Shown: positions 47,406 through 58,036 of the stretch, in pieces
Layout: every line of letters starts with the position of its first letter
Numbering within the stretch: position 1 is the first letter of the stretch
From: a virus
Taxonomy: Duplodnaviria > Caudoviricetes
Reading direction: 5' to 3' (one strand)
Length of the DNA: 64,000 bases
IMG/VR virus record: IMGVR_UViG_3300046819_000361
The notes under the pieces: model-generated
Seen by the model: the letters and a program-made list of their open reading frames with translations, nothing else
Told to the model about the DNA's origin: nothing
Databases searched by the model: none
Program-made: the position numbers and the translations under genes

Positions 47406-48364
47406 TATAATTTGCAAGATTCGCAATCTGCTTCACCTTCATCAATACCGCTTGGTAAATCAACTTCATCTTCTGCTTTTGAACCAGCTTTATCTATAAG
47501 TGAGTAATAAAAGGTTTTTAGTCCCCATTTATGTCCTAACATCAAATTTTTCGCAATTAATGTTCCTGGTACTTTTCTATCTGGAAAGTGTTTAGGCGAA
47601 TAAAAAGTATTCACTGAGATTGCTTGATCGACATATGCTGCTAAAACAGATGCAGTTTTTAAGTAACCTATGCAATCAGTCTGGTCCCATAGTAACTGAT
47701 ATTTATTTTTCAGTTTATGGTATTCTGGAACTACTTGCGTTAATGATGCAGCTTTTGATTCTTTGGTTTGAATTAACTGCATTGGCATTTCAATTCCATT
47801 TGTGCTATTGATAACAACAGAACTGGATTCAACTGGTGCGATAGCCATTTGTGTGGCATTTCTAACTCCATATTGTTTCATACTAGCTCGTAAGGTTTCC
47901 CAGTCTAATTCTGGTGTGAAATCAGTTAACTCATTAACACCCTCTGCACGTAATTCCCATGGGAATATACCTTGGCCGTATCTCGTTAAATGACTATGCT
48001 CACACGCACCGCGTTCTTTTGCTAATTCAACACTGGATTCGGTGGTATAATATGCTAGATGTTCAATCCAACTTTTTACTTCTGATAGCATATCTGGATC
48101 ACCGTATTTGAATCCACGTTTAGCAGCCCAGTATGCAAGATTTGTAATACCAATTCCTAGCGGTCTAATTTCATCATTAGATAATTTAGATTGGATTGAT
48201 AAGAAGTCTTGGTAATCCAAAATATTGTTAAGACTGCGGTGTAGAATACGACACGCCCTACGCATATCTTCTGGGTTTCTGAAAGCCCCCCAGTTGATAC
48301 TTCCAAGTGTGCATAAACTGATTTTTGGCACAGCACGGGTGCATTCTTTTTTAATTATTTTCAT
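47405..48364 (-). CDS. nrdA: NrdA C-terminal fragment (split nrdA, part b)
   Basis: ISLCTLGSIN, RPLGIG, APVESSS, KTFYY, CESCKL; own AAGGA SD. Confidence 0.9.
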   Translation of the reverse strand: MKIIKKECTRAVPKISLCTLGSINWGAFRNPEDMRRACRILHRSLNNILDYQDFLSIQSKLSNDEIRPLGIGITNLAYWAAKRGFKYGDPDMLSEVKSWIEHLAYYTTESSVELAKERGACEHSHLTRYGQGIFPWELRAEGVNELTDFTPELDWETLRASMKQYGVRNATQMAIAPVESSSVVINSTNGIEMPMQLIQTKESKAASLTQVVPEYHKLKNKYQLLWDQTDCIGYLKTASVLAAYVDQAISVNTFYSPKHFPDRKVPGTLIAKNLMLGHKWGLKTFYYSLIDKAGSKAEDEVDLPSGIDEGEADCESCKL

Positions 48365-48374
48365 TAATTATTCC

Positions 48375-49151
48375 TTAATTATTCCTTAATAATTTTCCGT
48401 ATTTTATTAAAATATATCTACTTTTTCCAGTACTAATAGATGCATCGACTAGTGAATTATAAATAATGCCATCAAATTCTATTTTTGGCAACGCTTTCAA
48501 TCTCTTTGCAGTTTTAACAGATTCACTATTAATTTTATTTTTTTCTTCTGATGTCAGATATCGATATGTGGCATATTCGTAAGGTACATTTCTAATATTT
48601 GTAAGTTTTTTACATTTATAGCCATGGTGATGACCACGCTTTCCTCTAGCAACAGCACTCATAGTTGATGGATTTAATGAATGTGTTTTACAAAAATCTA
48701 ACATATTCCTTACTATAAGTGTGTCCCCGTCTGGTGTTATAATCTCCCAGGTATCTATTGATAAATTGGCTTTTTGGTTGCAGGTTAGGGTGCTTCCTTT
48801 GTTCCAAGCTTTGCGAGTTCCAGTTTCAAATGCAATTTTATGTGCTTTGCTAATTTTATGACCAGACCCAGTATTCCCACCACCCGCTGATGGTGAAATG
48901 TTATAGTAAGTTTTACTATTAGCACAATCACGGGCGGTTAGATAAAATTGTTCTCGAATAAACAATTGTTCTTCGGATTGTACATATTCAACTATAACCC
49001 GGGTGAATATATCCATTCCATATTTTCTAACCGCATTTAAAAATCTATAACCACTGCCGGTATATCCATCGTCTATAGTTCCTTTATGTGACCCCAAATA
49101 TTTCATACCATTTACATTATTAGTCCATTCGTAAATAAACCCAATATACAT
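48375..49151 (-). CDS. GIY-YIG homing endonuclease inserted in nrdA
   Basis: GFIY..YLGSH, Y.GSG, RE, YYN; AAGGAG SD; CATAAATA upstream. Confidence 0.88.
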   Translation of the reverse strand: MYIGFIYEWTNNVNGMKYLGSHKGTIDDGYTGSGYRFLNAVRKYGMDIFTRVIVEYVQSEEQLFIREQFYLTARDCANSKTYYNISPSAGGGNTGSGHKISKAHKIAFETGTRKAWNKGSTLTCNQKANLSIDTWEIITPDGDTLIVRNMLDFCKTHSLNPSTMSAVARGKRGHHHGYKCKKLTNIRNVPYEYATYRYLTSEEKNKINSESVKTAKRLKALPKIEFDGIIYNSLVDASISTGKSRYILIKYGKLLRNN

Positions 49152-49202
49152 TATACATTCTCCTTTTATAATATATTTATGTACATTAGGTTATGTTAAC
49201 TA

Positions 49203-50732
49203 TTACATTAGTAAATCTTTAATATCATCATCTTCGGTTAGTTCTCTAACTTTTTTCTTATCACCGTTAGCTAACAGAACTTTATGCTGTCCTGGTAATA
49301 CCACATCAACGCCATTATCCAATGTTAATTTAAACTCACCTTCATCGTTTAATGACTTAAATGGAACTGAAGGCAACACTATCTCTGCACATAAATTTGA
49401 TTGATATACTGGGTGAATGTTAGTATCAAACGGCCCTTGATTTTGGACATTATCAACATACATTAGGTAAATACGCCCGGTATCAGTGCGTTCTTTAAGT
49501 AATCCACCTTTGAATACTTCTTCTGCTGAAATAACTTTTTTTCTTAAATCTTTGCGTTTTTCGTATTTTACGTATAATTCTTCAAATTGTGCATTATTTC
49601 TATAGAATGCTTCGTACAATTCTGGAACTTCATTTGGATCAAAGAATGTGATATTTTCTTTAGCTTTGAATCGTCTCCAAAATAGCGCCGATAATACAAC
49701 CCCATAGTCCATATGTCTAACACGGGTTTCTTCTGTGCCTTGGTTATTTTTTAATACAATCAAATCATCAAATTGATAGTGCCAGATTGGGAAATATACT
49801 GTACAAGACGCATTTCTGATACCACCTTGGCTACAGCTTTTCAGATCACCAAACCATTTTTTTAAGAATGGAATCATGCCGGTATGCATGATTTCTCCAC
49901 CTCTGATAGGAGAACCTAACGGACGTAATCTACCAACTTCTAATCCGATGCCAGCACGTTTGCTAGCATATTTGGCCATCATTTCTCCAGAGGCGAATAT
50001 ACTATCAAGATCGTCGTCGCTGCGTATAAGAACGCAACTGCTAAATTGTTTTGTGGGGGTTCCGAGGCCAGCGAGAACAGGAGTAGCCAAAGTAAAAAGG
50101 CCATCAGATGCGGCATTGTAATATTCCTTTATGTATTTCATTCTAGCAGAATTTGGTTCTTCTTTATGGAAGACAGTAGCTGCCGCAACCATGTATCGTA
50201 TTTGAGGTGTTTCAAATACTTCTTTTGTTGAACGATTTCTGATCAGATATTTTTCAATCAACTGCTCAATTGCAGCATATGAATATTGCTCATCTTTGTC
50301 ATGATCAATAAACGAGTCCATTTTATTCCAATCATCTTCACTGTACCATGATAATAATTCAGGTGTATAAAGACCAATTGCTATATTGTTTTGCACAATT
50401 GAATAGAGGCTCGGTGGGTTGTATTGTCCGTATACATCTTTGCGAAGCATAGATAACCGTTGTTTACCGGCTACAAATTGATAGTTAGTGTGACCAATAT
50501 CAGGATTAGCTTCAACATCAATAAGATCAACGATTGCACGTAATGTTATTTCATCGATTTCTTTGGTTGTGATACCATCATAATAGTGTGGCTGACTCTT
50601 GATTTCAATCATTGATTGACTGACATCTGCTATTCCCGCGCATACTTTAGCGATTTGGGACTGCCATTTTTCAATGGTCAATGGCTCTCTTTGGCCATTT
50701 CTTTTTATTACTGTAATTTTGTTCATATCCAT
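49203..50732 (-). CDS. nrdA: NrdA N-terminal fragment (split nrdA, part a) with intein-like tail
   Basis: ATP cone VIKRNG, QFSSCVL, SQGGIR, QSNLCAEI, then a 43-aa non-NrdA tail. Confidence 0.92.
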   Translation of the reverse strand: MDMNKITVIKRNGQREPLTIEKWQSQIAKVCAGIADVSQSMIEIKSQPHYYDGITTKEIDEITLRAIVDLIDVEANPDIGHTNYQFVAGKQRLSMLRKDVYGQYNPPSLYSIVQNNIAIGLYTPELLSWYSEDDWNKMDSFIDHDKDEQYSYAAIEQLIEKYLIRNRSTKEVFETPQIRYMVAAATVFHKEEPNSARMKYIKEYYNAASDGLFTLATPVLAGLGTPTKQFSSCVLIRSDDDLDSIFASGEMMAKYASKRAGIGLEVGRLRPLGSPIRGGEIMHTGMIPFLKKWFGDLKSCSQGGIRNASCTVYFPIWHYQFDDLIVLKNNQGTEETRVRHMDYGVVLSALFWRRFKAKENITFFDPNEVPELYEAFYRNNAQFEELYVKYEKRKDLRKKVISAEEVFKGGLLKERTDTGRIYLMYVDNVQNQGPFDTNIHPVYQSNLCAEIVLPSVPFKSLNDEGEFKLTLDNGVDVVLPGQHKVLLANGDKKKVRELTEDDDIKDLLM

Positions 50733-50904
50733 ATGTTGTTACTCTCGCTTATCTGTCTACTTAAATCCGTTTAGGTAGTATTTATTGATGATAAGCAAGA
50801 TGTTAAAAAATTGATAAGTTATTGAAAATTAAGGATTATTAATTAACTTATCACCTAATACAGAGTATTATACACTACAATTGGTGATAAGTCTAGTAAA
50901 ATTT

Positions 50905-53448
50905 TTACTGAATCGATGATTTATACGTAAACGAGAAGATACCAATATCGTCTAGTAGACTGTTTGTATAATAGATACCGATGGCGGATTGACCACCTGA
51001 AAATGCTGCTGTAAAATCAAGCCAACCAAGAAAATCCTCATTTCCTACGTAATCATATTCATCTGACGAATGGATTTGTGAATTGGCTATATCAGCAATT
51101 ACTGTGATAATGCCTTTTCTTGTAAACTCTCCTACTGTACTGGAGTATACATATTCTATTTCGTGAATAATTGATCGTTGTTGAACACCCTCGATTGACA
51201 CGGATGATGGTAGATTAAACAATTTTCTACTAGTCAATGTATATATCAATGGTAGAGCTATAGTTTCATCTACCTCGTACAGACCCTTGCCACTAAATTC
51301 AGGTACATAAGTTGATCTGATTGGTAATGAATAATAATCCCAGCGGTCAGATTTGATATTTCTAATTATATTGCCAAAATTATCAGAATAAATTTGAGGA
51401 ATAAGGACCCCATCATTATCACCAACATTCGCTAGGATGATATTATCGATTATGTTTTTTACACCAGTCTTAATCCAAATTGCTTGTTTTATAATATTAG
51501 AAAATTTTAAATTGCTAATTAATGTATTTCTAGCGCCATATTCTTTTCCTACAATTGATGGATTGGAAAATTCACCAAAGACCATGCCATAAGTACCAGA
51601 TGAAATAGTACCATCAACAAATTTATTATTATCGATATCGTAATCGGAGTAAACACCATAACCAAAATTATTAATAATTATATTTTTGAATAAGTTATTA
51701 GTAGTGGTAACACTCTCACTTACAGCCGCCATTGAAATACCATAATTGGTGGTTCTTGTGCCAGAACTCCATGTACTAGACAATGCGATATTTTCAAATA
51801 TACTATCTTTTACTGCATCTAATTGTAACCCATCTGACACATTATCTAACACGCTAATAGATAAATTTTTGAATATAATATTTTTCGGTTGATTTAATGA
51901 TGTGGTATTCTCAATAGAATTAGGTGATCCAGGACGTGATAATTCATTTACAAATTTAACAACAGCGGTGTCTTGAACCATTGTTAAAACAAATTCGCCA
52001 TTAGTTACATCATCTGTAGCAACGTTATTTAATATTAAACTTTCAGAATCAATGACGTCTACGACAATAGTGCCGGGTGAGATTGATGGCCCTGATACTA
52101 TTGCACCAATCATATATTCTGCTGCACTAATAGTAGATATTGTAAAACTATTATAGTTTGCATTTCCTGTAATGTGTCTATCTCTGTTAAATTTTAAAAT
52201 GGTTTTATCAATACCAGCACCTACTATTGTTGCATAACTGGGAACATATAATGTATTGGAGATATTATATGTTCCAGGTGGTATTTCAAGGATAGATCTA
52301 AATTCTGGATTAGCTGATGCCAAACTCCCGGCTGCTGGTAATATGATATCAAAAATTTGCGGATCGGTTTCTGTGCTAGAAGATGGATTATCCATTGTAA
52401 TACTAATACCTGGTATTACTGATAAAATAACGGTATCAACTGGAATTCCTGGGCCACCTATTTCTGCTCCAACATACGAATAACTAGCACTAGCAGTATT
52501 GATTGTATAACTTCCTGGCGCTGATACAGCATTGATTGTAATAACGGGTGGAACATTCAGAAATAATTGATTAATAGCATTTTGTAAGCTAACAGTGTCG
52601 TCAACTATGCCATTCCCATATGTGCCAAAATCGGCAGTATTCACTCTATCATCCAAGCGAGACTGTATGGTTCGTAAAGCAGTATACTTGACCGGCACTG
52701 ATGGACCAGTTACCGATATTGCCCGTAACAAAAAGTCAACACTTCTAGTGTTCAAATTTACTGTTTGATCAGATATAATGTTGGAATTATTTGAAATAGT
52801 TACAGAAGAACTCCCGATTTCAGTTACCACTGAATTATTCAGGATACCGGTGCCATATATCTCCATTCCAACCACAAATTTATCTATATTTTGTGTGATA
52901 TTTGTTATTATATTTGATCCTGGATGAACAGTTCCTGTAAATGTAAAACCTGTTCTGATATTATCCAATCCTAATGCGTTAGTTGGTACCGTAAATTGTG
53001 ATCCATACGATATCCCATAACCAATCGATGTAATGTTTACAGTTACGACCGCGCCATTAAATACCGTGATAGTTGCGGTTGGTAATGATATTGGCCGATC
53101 ACCATATGTAACCCACTCTAATTCAACATTATTGTAAGTACCATCTGTATAATCAGTGCCAGGTGCTACGATTTCGACTCTTTGTATTGATCCACTTGCT
53201 TTATAGATATAATCTAAATTGCCAAGTAAATTAGCTGATTCGCCTTTTAAATTTGGTACATCAAGTTCAGTTAACAATCGAGTGTTGCCAACATGTGGTG
53301 CACCTTCGGCAACAGAGCCATTGCCAATATATAATTCTTGGGAATCAATCGCCCACCCTAATTCACCACTTGCTAATTGTGGTAATCCAGTGCCACTGAA
53401 TTTTCTTCCGCGACGCTGTTGTATTCTTGAAATGGAAACTATTGCCAT
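50905..53448 (-). CDS. Virion structural protein with pectate-lyase-like beta-helix
   Basis: ISRIQQRRG..LPQLASGELGW N-terminus; DFG..GNG..DDT, IPPGTY. Confidence 0.7.
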   Translation of the reverse strand: MAIVSISRIQQRRGRKFSGTGLPQLASGELGWAIDSQELYIGNGSVAEGAPHVGNTRLLTELDVPNLKGESANLLGNLDYIYKASGSIQRVEIVAPGTDYTDGTYNNVELEWVTYGDRPISLPTATITVFNGAVVTVNITSIGYGISYGSQFTVPTNALGLDNIRTGFTFTGTVHPGSNIITNITQNIDKFVVGMEIYGTGILNNSVVTEIGSSSVTISNNSNIISDQTVNLNTRSVDFLLRAISVTGPSVPVKYTALRTIQSRLDDRVNTADFGTYGNGIVDDTVSLQNAINQLFLNVPPVITINAVSAPGSYTINTASASYSYVGAEIGGPGIPVDTVILSVIPGISITMDNPSSSTETDPQIFDIILPAAGSLASANPEFRSILEIPPGTYNISNTLYVPSYATIVGAGIDKTILKFNRDRHITGNANYNSFTISTISAAEYMIGAIVSGPSISPGTIVVDVIDSESLILNNVATDDVTNGEFVLTMVQDTAVVKFVNELSRPGSPNSIENTTSLNQPKNIIFKNLSISVLDNVSDGLQLDAVKDSIFENIALSSTWSSGTRTTNYGISMAAVSESVTTTNNLFKNIIINNFGYGVYSDYDIDNNKFVDGTISSGTYGMVFGEFSNPSIVGKEYGARNTLISNLKFSNIIKQAIWIKTGVKNIIDNIILANVGDNDGVLIPQIYSDNFGNIIRNIKSDRWDYYSLPIRSTYVPEFSGKGLYEVDETIALPLIYTLTSRKLFNLPSSVSIEGVQQRSIIHEIEYVYSSTVGEFTRKGIITVIADIANSQIHSSDEYDYVGNEDFLGWLDFTAAFSGGQSAIGIYYTNSLLDDIGIFSFTYKSSIQ

Positions 53449-53505
53449 AAATAAATCCTCTTTAGTATTATTTATGCAATACTTGGTGTCTAAAAGGTAT
53501 TGAGT

Positions 53506-54222
53506 TTAAATATTAGAAAAATATTGATCAACCCGATCCCACCATTTATTCTCCCAATAAGGAAAATCTTCGCTTGATAAAATGAATTCTTGATATTGTG
53601 GTTCACCCCAACTGCCTGGTTTTATTTCATCAGGTTTTACACACATCAGAATTACACCTTTTTTAATATTAGTTCCATGAATTTTATTATGTGCGATACT
53701 ATACGCAGTTAATTGCAAAAAGTAATCTTCTATATATTCTAGTTTTTTTGGTTTGTTGGTTTGTTTGTAATCAAAAATTGATTCAGAATTTTTATGTATG
53801 CCTACTGCATCTGCAGTCCCTGCATACAGACCTGGGTAATATAATCCTACTTCTGAACCCCAAATTTCATTGATATTGATTAATCCCTGATTTATGATAG
53901 TTGACGCCATTAAATGACTTTGTTTACTATACGGATTAGTACCGGGGGTTGATAATTGACCGGTCATGACAAAATCTTCAAGGTACTTGTGCATTCGTGT
54001 ACCCCTTCCAGCAGATTCGAGTGTTATTTCTTGTGCTTTCTTATCACCAACAGACTTTCGCCATGCTTGCAATGCAGCTACTTTTTCTACTGGTTTAGTT
54101 GAATCTAGGATAGTAGTTACTGATGGGACTTTTGATCCGTCTGGGCAAACATAAAGACGTTTGCCTTCGACGGATTCTCTATCGATTTGTGTATAATTGA
54201 ATCTTTCTTGTAATAATTTCAT
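53506..54222 (-). CDS. PD-(D/E)xK exonuclease (Cas4/MGME1-like)
   Basis: PSVTTIL, RGTRMH, YAGTAD, DYKQ, QLTAY. Confidence 0.85.
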   Translation of the reverse strand: MKLLQERFNYTQIDRESVEGKRLYVCPDGSKVPSVTTILDSTKPVEKVAALQAWRKSVGDKKAQEITLESAGRGTRMHKYLEDFVMTGQLSTPGTNPYSKQSHLMASTIINQGLININEIWGSEVGLYYPGLYAGTADAVGIHKNSESIFDYKQTNKPKKLEYIEDYFLQLTAYSIAHNKIHGTNIKKGVILMCVKPDEIKPGSWGEPQYQEFILSSEDFPYWENKWWDRVDQYFSNI

Positions 54223-54259
54223 ACTGTATTATATGATAATAATTAAAGAATGTCAACTT

Positions 54260-54628
54260 TTATTTTGATTTTAACGCATGCATTGCAGTTTGTTTGACGG
54301 TAGCATGACTTGGATCAATTGGTTGTTGTCCGGTATTACCACTGCTATTAGGCATAGTTGTTGCATTTCTTGGATCAAAAATTACACCAGAATCATCAAC
54401 TCTGCCAGCTTTATTGTCAATCATGTTTTGCAGGGTTGGTGTACTATCTAGTAATTTAGTAAACGCATCATAATCAGGTATCATGGGTGCGCCTGAATTT
54501 GCATCAGTTAATGTTCTATTGATGGCATCCCATGTTAATGTAACTGGTTTACCGGTTCTATCAGCATTTGCACGAGCCGCCCAAAATAACTCTGCTAGCG
54601 GCTCAATTGATTCACATAACTGATTTAC
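54260..54628 (-). CDS. -1 frame extension of the upstream gene (or separate gene from ATG 54484)
   Basis: Frame is open from the A9G slippery run for 48 codons before the first ATG. Confidence 0.55.
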   Translation of the reverse strand, partial: VNQLCESIEPLAELFWAARANADRTGKPVTLTWDAINRTLTDANSGAPMIPDYDAFTKLLDSTPTLQNMIDNKAGRVDDSGVIFDPRNATTMPNSSGNTGQQPIDPSHATVKQTAMHALKSK

Positions 54629-55566
54629 TTTTTTTTTGAGCTTAACAATAACCCTAGTTTACGGCTATACTCAACACTTTCTCTTTTCAGTCTACCTGCT
54701 TCTGCAGCTGGTTGTGGTAATTCCTCGCCTTCTGGTGCAGGGGGTAATCCGCCTTCTTCACCTGGGATTTGTGGTGGTTCTTCACCTAACCCTGAAGCCA
54801 CCGCTGACCCCGGTGTGCCACCGCCCATGGTTTCTGCTTGTTCACCTGAAACGATAGCCAATCCATTTGATAATCCTTCACGAGCTGACACCAATGCACT
54901 ATATAAGCCTTCTAATGCACCACCTACCACTTCACTGAATTGTTGTGATACATCACTGCCTTGTTCTCTACGAATGGCATCTAACAATTCTAATAATTGG
55001 TCTGCTTTCATGGCAGCTGTATCTTCAATCCAGTTAGTAATTTTACTAACCATATCTTTGGTTGATAAGATGTTTTCAGCTTTTTGTTCTTCGCCTTCTA
55101 ATAAAACCCAACTAGCTTGTGCTTCATTAAGATCATAGCGTAATGATAATTCAGCCGATAATTCTTCTCTATCTGATTCACCCAATTTCATACGTTTGAT
55201 AGCATTGTTGATCCAACTTTCTGGAACTGACATGTTTTGTGCTCTATGGCGGATTGCTGTATACATAGCTTGTTCACTCACTTGTCTTGTTTCAACTGGT
55301 TCTTCAACCGATTCTGATCTTTCAAAGATTTCTTGGTTGATAACATCCAATAACGCTTTTGTTTTTTGATATGATTCATTTTCTAAAATAGAATCATAGC
55401 TTTCTGATAATTCAAATTGACTGATATCAGTTCTTAATTTATTACGTGCGTCTTCTAATTGCACGTCACTAAACTGCTCTAATTTTAATTTATAACCAAA
55501 TGTTTTACTTAAACTTTCGTTAAGTTTTTTGCTGGTTACCGGTTGTGATAAATCTTTAATTTGCAT
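54625..55566 (-). CDS. Acidic helical protein, probable prohead core/scaffold
   Basis: Glu-rich, repeated L.ES motifs, Pro/Glu tail; ends in A AAA AAA AAG TAA. Confidence 0.6.
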   Translation of the reverse strand: MQIKDLSQPVTSKKLNESLSKTFGYKLKLEQFSDVQLEDARNKLRTDISQFELSESYDSILENESYQKTKALLDVINQEIFERSESVEEPVETRQVSEQAMYTAIRHRAQNMSVPESWINNAIKRMKLGESDREELSAELSLRYDLNEAQASWVLLEGEEQKAENILSTKDMVSKITNWIEDTAAMKADQLLELLDAIRREQGSDVSQQFSEVVGGALEGLYSALVSAREGLSNGLAIVSGEQAETMGGGTPGSAVASGLGEEPPQIPGEEGGLPPAPEGEELPQPAAEAGRLKRESVEYSRKLGLLLSSKKK

Positions 55567-55598
55567 GTTAGGTTCCTTAAACATATTTTATAATGTAT

Positions 55599-56036
55599 TT
55601 ATACAAAAGTATTCTTAAATAGTTTAGAAATTCTGTTTTTGTAAAGCGATGCTCTATAATCACATTCTTCTAGTTTGGTTAGTAGTATTGGGTATTGTTC
55701 ATTATTTGATGATTTTATGTAATTCTTTGAGATCATAAAATCAGTATAGTTAGACCAATAACTATTATCTAACTCTTTAATTTCAGAACATTTGCTGAAA
55801 AATCTATGATGATATGCATTAGCAGCCATCAATGCACAGCTTTTCAAATGATATTGATTAATCAAATCTTTATTGCTGGTATTGTAAACTCCCCAATTTT
55901 GATTGGGTAATTGTCTAACCAAAAAGTTTTTATATAACAATGACCCATTTGGGAGTATATTTATTGGCAATTTTTGTTGTAATTCTGCATCAAAATAGGA
56001 TGCTAAATCTTTAATTGTATTTGTTGATTTCTTCAT
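55599..56036 (-). CDS. Hypothetical protein
   Basis: ORF in operon. Confidence 0.65.
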   Translation of the reverse strand: MKKSTNTIKDLASYFDAELQQKLPINILPNGSLLYKNFLVRQLPNQNWGVYNTSNKDLINQYHLKSCALMAANAYHHRFFSKCSEIKELDNSYWSNYTDFMISKNYIKSSNNEQYPILLTKLEECDYRASLYKNRISKLFKNTFV

Positions 56037-56226
56037 TGGCTATAACAACTGGATTTTCAAATCCTCTTTTTATTACTAGATTTTTTCTTATCATATATTC
56101 CAATTTTACTCTATCGTGACTATTGAATGAAGATAATAATCTGGGTGATTTAATTTTTTTTAAAATATCAGCTTCTTCATTTGTTATCCAAATATCAATT
56201 GGATTAATTAAATCACAAATTCGCAT
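56011..56226 (-). CDS. Hypothetical protein
   Basis: ORF from MRICDL. Confidence 0.6.
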   Translation of the reverse strand: MRICDLINPIDIWITNEEADILKKIKSPRLLSSFNSHDRVKLEYMIRKNLVIKRGFENPVVIANEEINKYN

Positions 56227-56227
56227 A

Positions 56228-57334
56228 TTATTTAATTCCGGCAATAGTTAACATTTTATATAATAGATCAGATTCAGCCAGTTTTTTATTATTACTCATT
56301 GCTGATCTAGCACTTCTTTCAAACTCTTTATCAGTGATATCTGTAATAAAATCATCACCTTTATCACCACCAACTTTACGATTGTGTCTGCCTTTTTTAA
56401 TTAAATCTTTGTTAAGTTCATCCTCCATCGATTCCGATGTAGTTTGATCTCCCATAGTTACAACAGAGCCTGGCTTAATTGATGCTGGGTCCATTGATGG
56501 TGCTTTAAGCTGTCCGGGATGTTCTTGGTCGGGTGTTAAGGTTTTAGCATCTATTTGTTGGCCGTTTGATAATTCAGCTTTATCGCCACTGATTCCTTTG
56601 ACTGTGATGGCGTTATCTTCGCCTAGAATATCTTTGATTTTCATTTGTTCTCCAAGGCTGAGTTCAGCACTTTGTAATTTGTCTATATGTTTGAATAATT
56701 TATCTAATTGCCCACGCGAACGAAGCAATTTATATGCTAAATTTTCAACTGATTGTTCACCGCCTTGCTCAAGCCCAGCTTTACGTAATCTACGTATGTC
56801 ATCTAATGTATCTTGTGCAGATGCGATATCATTCGATTTTAATACTTTGATAATTCTGGAAGAATAGTTACGTGCTTTGTTTTTAATTTCTTGTGGACTT
56901 GCATTTGGTTCTTCTCTGGAAGGTTTAACTAACCATTTATTATCCAAAATGCTATAAATGCCAGCAGAATAGTGATGTTGTTTACTATCCTGTACATATA
57001 CTTCAACTGGGATACTTTTAATTTTTAAATCATACTTGAAATTATAATTGTTTTTCTTTGAATTGAAGTAATCTTCTAATTCTGGATTATCAATATCAAC
57101 TATTAAGTGAAGATCAATATCTGACACATTTGAATAATTAAAACTGGCATTTGACCCACTGATGGTTATATCTCGTAATTTTAAATTTTTGACTTTTAAC
57201 GTTTCTAAAAAATTTCTCGCAATCATCAGTAATTTATGACGTACTTCTGGTCGTAAATCTGTATCTTTCCATAGTACTGGATTTAATATGTCATTGATTG
57301 TGAATGATGGAGTTGATTTTTCTGAGATGTGCAT
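56228..57334 (-). CDS. Pol-beta-superfamily nucleotidyltransferase-like protein with C-terminal extension
   Basis: ISGSNASFNY...SDIDLHLIVD, VEVYVQD. Confidence 0.65.
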   Translation of the reverse strand: MHISEKSTPSFTINDILNPVLWKDTDLRPEVRHKLLMIARNFLETLKVKNLKLRDITISGSNASFNYSNVSDIDLHLIVDIDNPELEDYFNSKKNNYNFKYDLKIKSIPVEVYVQDSKQHHYSAGIYSILDNKWLVKPSREEPNASPQEIKNKARNYSSRIIKVLKSNDIASAQDTLDDIRRLRKAGLEQGGEQSVENLAYKLLRSRGQLDKLFKHIDKLQSAELSLGEQMKIKDILGEDNAITVKGISGDKAELSNGQQIDAKTLTPDQEHPGQLKAPSMDPASIKPGSVVTMGDQTTSESMEDELNKDLIKKGRHNRKVGGDKGDDFITDITDKEFERSARSAMSNNKKLAESDLLYKMLTIAGIK

Positions 57335-57335
57335 A

Positions 57336-57575
57336 TTAAAATTTCATTATAATGGTGACAACAGTTGATAATAAACCAGCGATAATTGTTGCAGTAGCCC
57401 CAATGATTACTTTGCTCATACTTGATTTGCTTTCTTCAATTTTTTCAAATAAGGTTTCAACTTTTGTTTCAATTACTTGCAAACGTGATTCTAAATTTTG
57501 GTATCTTAATGCACATAATTCTACGTGGCTTTCTAAATTTTCTTTCTCAATATCAGTTGGTTTTAATGTTGTCAT
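57336..57575 (-). CDS. Coiled-coil protein with C-terminal TM
   Basis: LESHVELCALRY; hydrophobic tail. Confidence 0.7.
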   Translation of the reverse strand: MTTLKPTDIEKENLESHVELCALRYQNLESRLQVIETKVETLFEKIEESKSSMSKVIIGATATIIAGLLSTVVTIIMKF

Positions 57576-57614
57576 CGAATTCTCCGTTGACCCTGCTCAA
57601 GGGTATAGGTGTAT

Positions 57615-58019
57615 TTATAGAATTTTACTGAAAACAATATTCTTACCTGGTCCATCAGTAACAAATACTGCATATTTTTGCTCTAGTAATTCGTCCAACC
57701 CATTGATATATGGGACCAATTCAAAATCATCTTTTAAAAACCCAATTGGATCACCATCTTTTTCGTATACGCCATCACGTTCGGATTCAAAATCAAAACG
57801 CCATACTCTGATGATTTCATCAGTATCAAACCCCACTAATCTTCCTTTAGTTTCTGTAATTATTGGACTATTCAAAAACATAATATTGGATCGTATACCT
57901 AATGTTTGAATAATTGTGTTAAAATTCTGTTCCTTCCATCGGGCTGATTCCTTTCCAATTTCTGCTCGATATTGACCGGTATGTGTAATGTCTACAAGAG
58001 TATATAATTTATAATTCAT
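57615..58019 (-). CDS. Conserved phage hypothetical protein
   Basis: YTLVDITHTG, QNFNT..QTLGIRSN. Confidence 0.7.
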   Translation of the reverse strand: MNYKLYTLVDITHTGQYRAEIGKESARWKEQNFNTIIQTLGIRSNIMFLNSPIITETKGRLVGFDTDEIIRVWRFDFESERDGVYEKDGDPIGFLKDDFELVPYINGLDELLEQKYAVFVTDGPGKNIVFSKIL

Positions 58020-58036
58020 GTTGTATTTACCATGCA

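Noticed and set aside
48365-49202. Group I intron in nrdA
   Set aside because: Only 51 and 10 nt flank the GIY-YIG ORF, no P7/core motifs are visible, and the downstream fragment has its own SD and ATG
47405-49330. Functional trans-splicing split intein
   Set aside because: No Cys/Ser-initiated block A at the junction and no C-terminal HN before a nucleophile; treated as a remnant
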